DNA of 36,917 nucleotides from a virus (lineage: Duplodnaviria; Caudoviricetes), in IMG/VR virus record IMGVR_UViG_3300031451_000008, positions 1 to 36,917 of that record; one strand, 5' to 3'. Positions 33,202 through 36,917 of this stretch are shown piece after piece. Numbering within the stretch: position 1 is the first letter of the stretch; each line of letters begins with the position of its first letter. Under the pieces are notes generated by a model. It worked only from the letters and a program-made list of their open reading frames with translations. It did no database searches and was not told the origin of the DNA. The position numbers and the translations under genes were made by a program.

Positions 33202-33470
33202 TGGGCAAGATCAAGGCGCTGATCGTCGGCATCGCCCACGACCCGCAATTCGTCGGCGCGGCGCGGGCCTTCGCCTTCTACGTCCTGCCGATCCTCGCCT
33301 CGCTCCTGGTGGGCTGGCTGTCGGGCATCACCGACCCCAAGTGGCTCGGCGTCCCGCTCGCGGCCATCCCGTTCATCCGGGCGCTGGAAGGCGCATTGGA
33401 CCGCGTGCTGAAGAGTACGCAGAACGACACCTACCCGCAGCCGCCCGCCGGGGCCGGCCCCACCCCCTAG
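33198..33470 (+). CDS. Putative holin
   Basis: 90 aa, two hydrophobic segments, GAGGTG RBS, last gene of lysis block; tandem Met-Met start. Confidence 0.6.
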   Translation: MMGKIKALIVGIAHDPQFVGAARAFAFYVLPILASLLVGWLSGITDPKWLGVPLAAIPFIRALEGALDRVLKSTQNDTYPQPPAGAGPTP

Positions 33471-33512
33471 CCTACTTCACCTCTCCCCTCTTCCCCCTTC
33501 CCCCACACCTTG

Positions 33513-33549
33513 CCCCGCGCGTCGGCTTCGGTCGACGCGCGGGGTTCTT
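33513..33549 (+). terminator. Intrinsic terminator ending the lysis operon
   Basis: CCCCGCGCGTCGGC-TTCG-GTCGACGCGCGGGG then TTCTT; cUUCGg tetraloop. Confidence 0.8.
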
Positions 33550-33652
33550 GGGAGAATTGGGCTGTACGTAGGGCTTGTGTCCGCGATCGGCGCACCGTAC
33601 ACTGAATGTCCCTATGTGAGTTTTGTCGCGCCACGACAAAGGATGTACGCCC

Positions 33653-35377
33653 ATGAGCAGGAACTACCTCTACTACGGGGACAATCTGCCCATCCTGCGG
33701 CGCTACATTGACGATGAATCGGTCGACCTCATCTATATCGATCCGCCGTTCAACTCCAATGCCAGCTACAACATCCTCTTCAAGGGGCAGGACGGCAATC
33801 GGGCCGCCGCGCAGATCAAGGCATTCACCGATACGTGGCGGTGGGATCAGGGCGCGAGCGAAGCATACGACGAACTGCTGGCCTATGGTGACAAGGTGGC
33901 CGAAGCCATACGTGCCTTCCGTATGCTCCTAGGCGAATCCGACATGCTCGCATATCTTGCCATGATGGCCCCGCGACTGATCGAGTTGCACCGTGTACTG
34001 AAGCCGACCGGCTCGTTGTACCTGCACTGCGATCCAGCCGCTAGTCATTATCTCAAGATTATTCTCGATGCACTGTTTGGCACCCAGCAGTTTCGTAACG
34101 AAATCGTGTGGGGTCGCACGAACGCTCGTAGCACCGATGGTCGATGGCCGCGCATCCATGATCGCCTACTTTTCTATACGAAGTCGGATGAATTCTTCTT
34201 TCGCGCGACGAAGGTTCCCGCGCGTATCGATAAGCTGCCACATACACTCATCATCGGACCAGATGGGCTGAAATATCAGACCTACGAACTCACCGCACCA
34301 GGTATCACCCAAGACGGTGCGAGCGGCAAACCATGGCGCGGCTTCGCTGTTTCCGAGATGGGCCGTCACTGGGCTAATCAGCAAAGTGTCATGGAGGACT
34401 GGGACGCTGATGGTTTGATTCACTGGCCGCAGAAAGGCGGCTTTCCAAGACGACGCGCCGAAGGGCCGTTCAATCCATCGGCACGGGAGGTTACCGTCGG
34501 TGACGTGTGGGTGGACATCGACCGCCTGAACCAAACCGCGAAAGAACGCCTCGGTTACCCGACACAGAAGCCCGAGGCCTTATTGGAACGGATAATCAGC
34601 GCGAGTACGCGCCCTGACGACGTCATTCTGGATGCATTCTGCGGCTGCGGCACGGCAGTTGCAGCCGCGCAGGCACTTGGTCGACGCTGGATCGGCGTCG
34701 ACATCACCTATGCGGCGATCCAGGTCATCAGAAACCGACTCGACGACAAGTTCGGCTCTGGCACGGCACCAAAGCCGATCGGGGAGCCCGAGTCGGCAGA
34801 CGACGCCGCCGAACTGGCGAAGAGCGATCGTTACCAGTTCCAATGGTGGGCACTCGGCCGCGTCGGTGCCCGTCCTTCCGATGAGAAGAAGGGCGCTGAT
34901 CAAGGCATCGATGGCCGGCTTTTCTTCGATGACGAAGGGGGCGGCCTCACCAAGCAGGTGATCATCTCGGTAAAGTCGGGGCCGATTCCCGCCAACCACG
35001 TCCGCGAGTTGCGCGGCGTCATCGAGCGCGAGCAGGCGGCCATCGGCGTGTTGCTCACGCAGCACAACCCCACCCCGGCCATGCGGAAAGAGGCGGCCAG
35101 CGCGGGCACCTACGAGTCGCCGAAGTGGGGCGGGCGTTACCCGCGTCTCCAGATCATCACCATCGCGGACCTCTTCGACGGCAAGCAGATCAAGTGCCCA
35201 CCGCTTAGCCAGGTCAACCGTACCTTCGCGAAGGCCCCGAAGCACAAGCGCCCGGCCACGACGTTCCAACGCCCGCTGACCGGCGCAAACTTGGTGGATG
35301 TGAGCAAGCACAAAGATACCGACGCGCCGCATCTGCGAGCGGTCGGCGGTTCTCGAAAACGGAGTGCCGGGGACTGA
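33653..35377 (+). CDS. Beta-class N4/N6 DNA methyltransferase fused to an Mrr-like endonuclease domain
   Basis: 'DLIYIDPPF' precedes 'YPTQKP','LDAFCGCGT'; C-terminal 'GADQGIDG...IISVKSG....VRELRG'; candidate promoter TTGTGT-17-TACACT at 33575-33603. Confidence 0.9.
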   Translation: MSRNYLYYGDNLPILRRYIDDESVDLIYIDPPFNSNASYNILFKGQDGNRAAAQIKAFTDTWRWDQGASEAYDELLAYGDKVAEAIRAFRMLLGESDMLAYLAMMAPRLIELHRVLKPTGSLYLHCDPAASHYLKIILDALFGTQQFRNEIVWGRTNARSTDGRWPRIHDRLLFYTKSDEFFFRATKVPARIDKLPHTLIIGPDGLKYQTYELTAPGITQDGASGKPWRGFAVSEMGRHWANQQSVMEDWDADGLIHWPQKGGFPRRRAEGPFNPSAREVTVGDVWVDIDRLNQTAKERLGYPTQKPEALLERIISASTRPDDVILDAFCGCGTAVAAAQALGRRWIGVDITYAAIQVIRNRLDDKFGSGTAPKPIGEPESADDAAELAKSDRYQFQWWALGRVGARPSDEKKGADQGIDGRLFFDDEGGGLTKQVIISVKSGPIPANHVRELRGVIEREQAAIGVLLTQHNPTPAMRKEAASAGTYESPKWGGRYPRLQIITIADLFDGKQIKCPPLSQVNRTFAKAPKHKRPATTFQRPLTGANLVDVSKHKDTDAPHLRAVGGSRKRSAGD

Positions 35378-35507
35378 GGGCCACCGTAAGCCCCGGCCTT
35401 GCCAAATTCTCGCGTAGGGGCGAGATTACCTGCAAAGCCTGTGCTACGGGAGGGGCGTAACGGGTAACCAATGGTGGGGTGCCCGCGATGTAACCAACGG
35501 AGGGGTC

Positions 35508-35855
35508 ATGCATATCATCGAGGAGGTCCGGGCCGCGACAATAGCGACGCTCGACATCGCCGATCCCGCTGATGTCGAGCACATCACCGACGATCTGGTG
35601 CTCGCCTACCTGAACGAGGCGACAGAACCCGACGAGGCGGAGCGGGATGAGGCGGTCCCGGAACGCACCACCGCCTACGGGCATGCCCTCGTTGTCGGCA
35701 CGCGCTACATCTACTACTCGAATGGCGGTCCGGGCTCCGAGAATAAGTGTGGCAACATCCGCAAGCGCTGGCCCCGCGACCCCCGCGATACCTACCTGAA
35801 CATCGGCATCTGTAACGGGCGTGATCGGGCGTACAAATTCCTCGGGCCGATCTAG
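35508..35855 (+). CDS. Hypothetical protein
   Basis: GGAGGGG RBS, 115 aa, coding-like bias. Confidence 0.6.
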   Translation: MHIIEEVRAATIATLDIADPADVEHITDDLVLAYLNEATEPDEAERDEAVPERTTAYGHALVVGTRYIYYSNGGPGSENKCGNIRKRWPRDPRDTYLNIGICNGRDRAYKFLGPI

Positions 35856-36062
35856 CCGCCGGTCTCGTCGGTCCCCATCCTCCGCCCTCGTCGCGCCCAC
35901 CGCGCGGCGGGGGCCTCATTCTTGCCACATGTCGGGGCCGGTCGAGTCGCGCAGGCGGACGCGCCGACTCCCGGCCAGGACTCCCCGCGCCACCCGGACG
36001 TTACCTCCGGGTGGCGTCCCTGCGTCTGCTATGATGCGCGGCGTATGAGGGAGGGCAGCAGT

Positions 36063-36296
36063 ATGCCGAAACAGTCCGACCGCGACATCACCGGCTACAC
36101 GTTCCACCTGACGCTCTCCGTGGGGCTCACCGACCTCGCCGAGGCCGAGCGCTTCATCGTTGAGCAGCTGGCCCAACGCTTCGGCACCGGCGGCGATCGG
36201 GGTGAAGAGGGCGAGTGGCGGAACGAGACGAAGGGCTACCCACGCTGGAAGATCGGTAGCATCATCGCGGACCACAAAGTGGAGGAGCCGTACTAG
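36063..36296 (+). CDS. Hypothetical 77-aa protein
   Basis: GAGGGAGG RBS; extended -10 TGcTATGAT near 36027. Confidence 0.55.
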   Translation: MPKQSDRDITGYTFHLTLSVGLTDLAEAERFIVEQLAQRFGTGGDRGEEGEWRNETKGYPRWKIGSIIADHKVEEPY

Positions 36297-36544
36297 CGCC
36301 TTCTACGATCCTTCTACGATTTTGAGGATCGCCGCACCGTCACCGGCTACGATCTCTGCTATCGCGCCAGCTATCGGGGCGAACATACTGGACGGATAAG
36401 ACGAACGAACGCTCCCACGAACGACGTGCCCCGAGTCCCTCTCTCGGCACCATAGAGCATGATTATTGCACCGGCGCCGGGAACAATCCCGGTGCTGGTG
36501 CGTTTTTCTCACATTCTTCGCACATCGTCGTCCAAATGGTGTCC

Positions 36545-36847
36545 TTATTCGTTTTGCGCCGCGCTCGGCAAGCGCTCGCTCGCCTTGAGCGTGAGCATGA
36601 AGACGATGTTCGCACTCTCATCCTTGGCGATGAAGAGCGATTCCTGCTTTTCTAGGACTTTCAAATTGGCGAGCGCGACATCCCGCGCGAAGTCGTCGCG
36701 CTGATCGCCGTTGGTGCCGAAACGCACTTCGTCGTGCCCATCGTCGATCGCGGCGATGATGAAGGGTTCCGCCGAACCATGCGCGCGCTCGACGAGTGTT
36801 TTCAGCAGGGTCTCCTGCGTGGCGCTCAACGGTGCTTGCCCTGACAT
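36545..36847 (-). CDS. Hypothetical 100-aa protein
   Basis: GGGAGGGA RBS before ATG 36847; coding-like. Confidence 0.55.
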   Translation of the reverse strand: MSGQAPLSATQETLLKTLVERAHGSAEPFIIAAIDDGHDEVRFGTNGDQRDDFARDVALANLKVLEKQESLFIAKDESANIVFMLTLKASERLPSAAQNE

Positions 36848-36917
36848 CGTTATCCCTCCCCTTCCCACGATTGGCGGCGAGAGCGTACCGCGCCCGTACC
36901 GGCGCACCTCACGGACC

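Noticed and set aside
33471-33511. Pyrimidine-rich tract after the holin
   Set aside because: Single low-complexity spacer before a terminator with no further support for function
36300-36320. Tandem CTTCTACGAT duplication as insertion scar, and ORF 36303..36512
   Set aside because: Only a 10-nt repeat with no element ends; the ORF lacks an RBS and recognisable features

Overview
GC-rich (pro)phage late region of a siphovirus-type, long non-contractile-tailed phage, almost certainly infecting a Chloroflexota host (the endolysin ends in the Chloroflexi-type 'FPETG...F..YW...GG...FG.P.T.E...VQYFERA.FEWHP' module). Order on + strand: major capsid, HhH protein, neck/head-tail genes, small Cys/His zinc-finger, major tail, tail chaperone with a candidate +1 frameshift, a ~3 kb accessory insertion (HEPN pair, two antisense lipoproteins), ~2000-aa tape measure, tail/baseplate/fibre genes (including a double glycoside-hydrolase protein whose GH5 barrel looks circularly permuted, and an embedded LuxR-type HTH gene), a small divergent regulatory island, a translationally coupled lysis cassette that unusually contains a thermonuclease and a papain-like protease, then a methyltransferase-Mrr fusion and orphan genes. 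The most novel-looking signals are (i) the lysis operon with protease and nuclease, (ii) the permuted GH5, and (iii) a set of apparent late-expression controls: two promoter-leader-terminator units with a shared tail, a shared motif before the capsid and major tail genes next to a Com-like zinc finger, and paralogous zinc-finger genes closing each structural block. No terminase, portal, integrase, att site, CRISPR, tRNA or reverse transcriptase is visible. All calls are by-eye motif recognition; no database searches were run.
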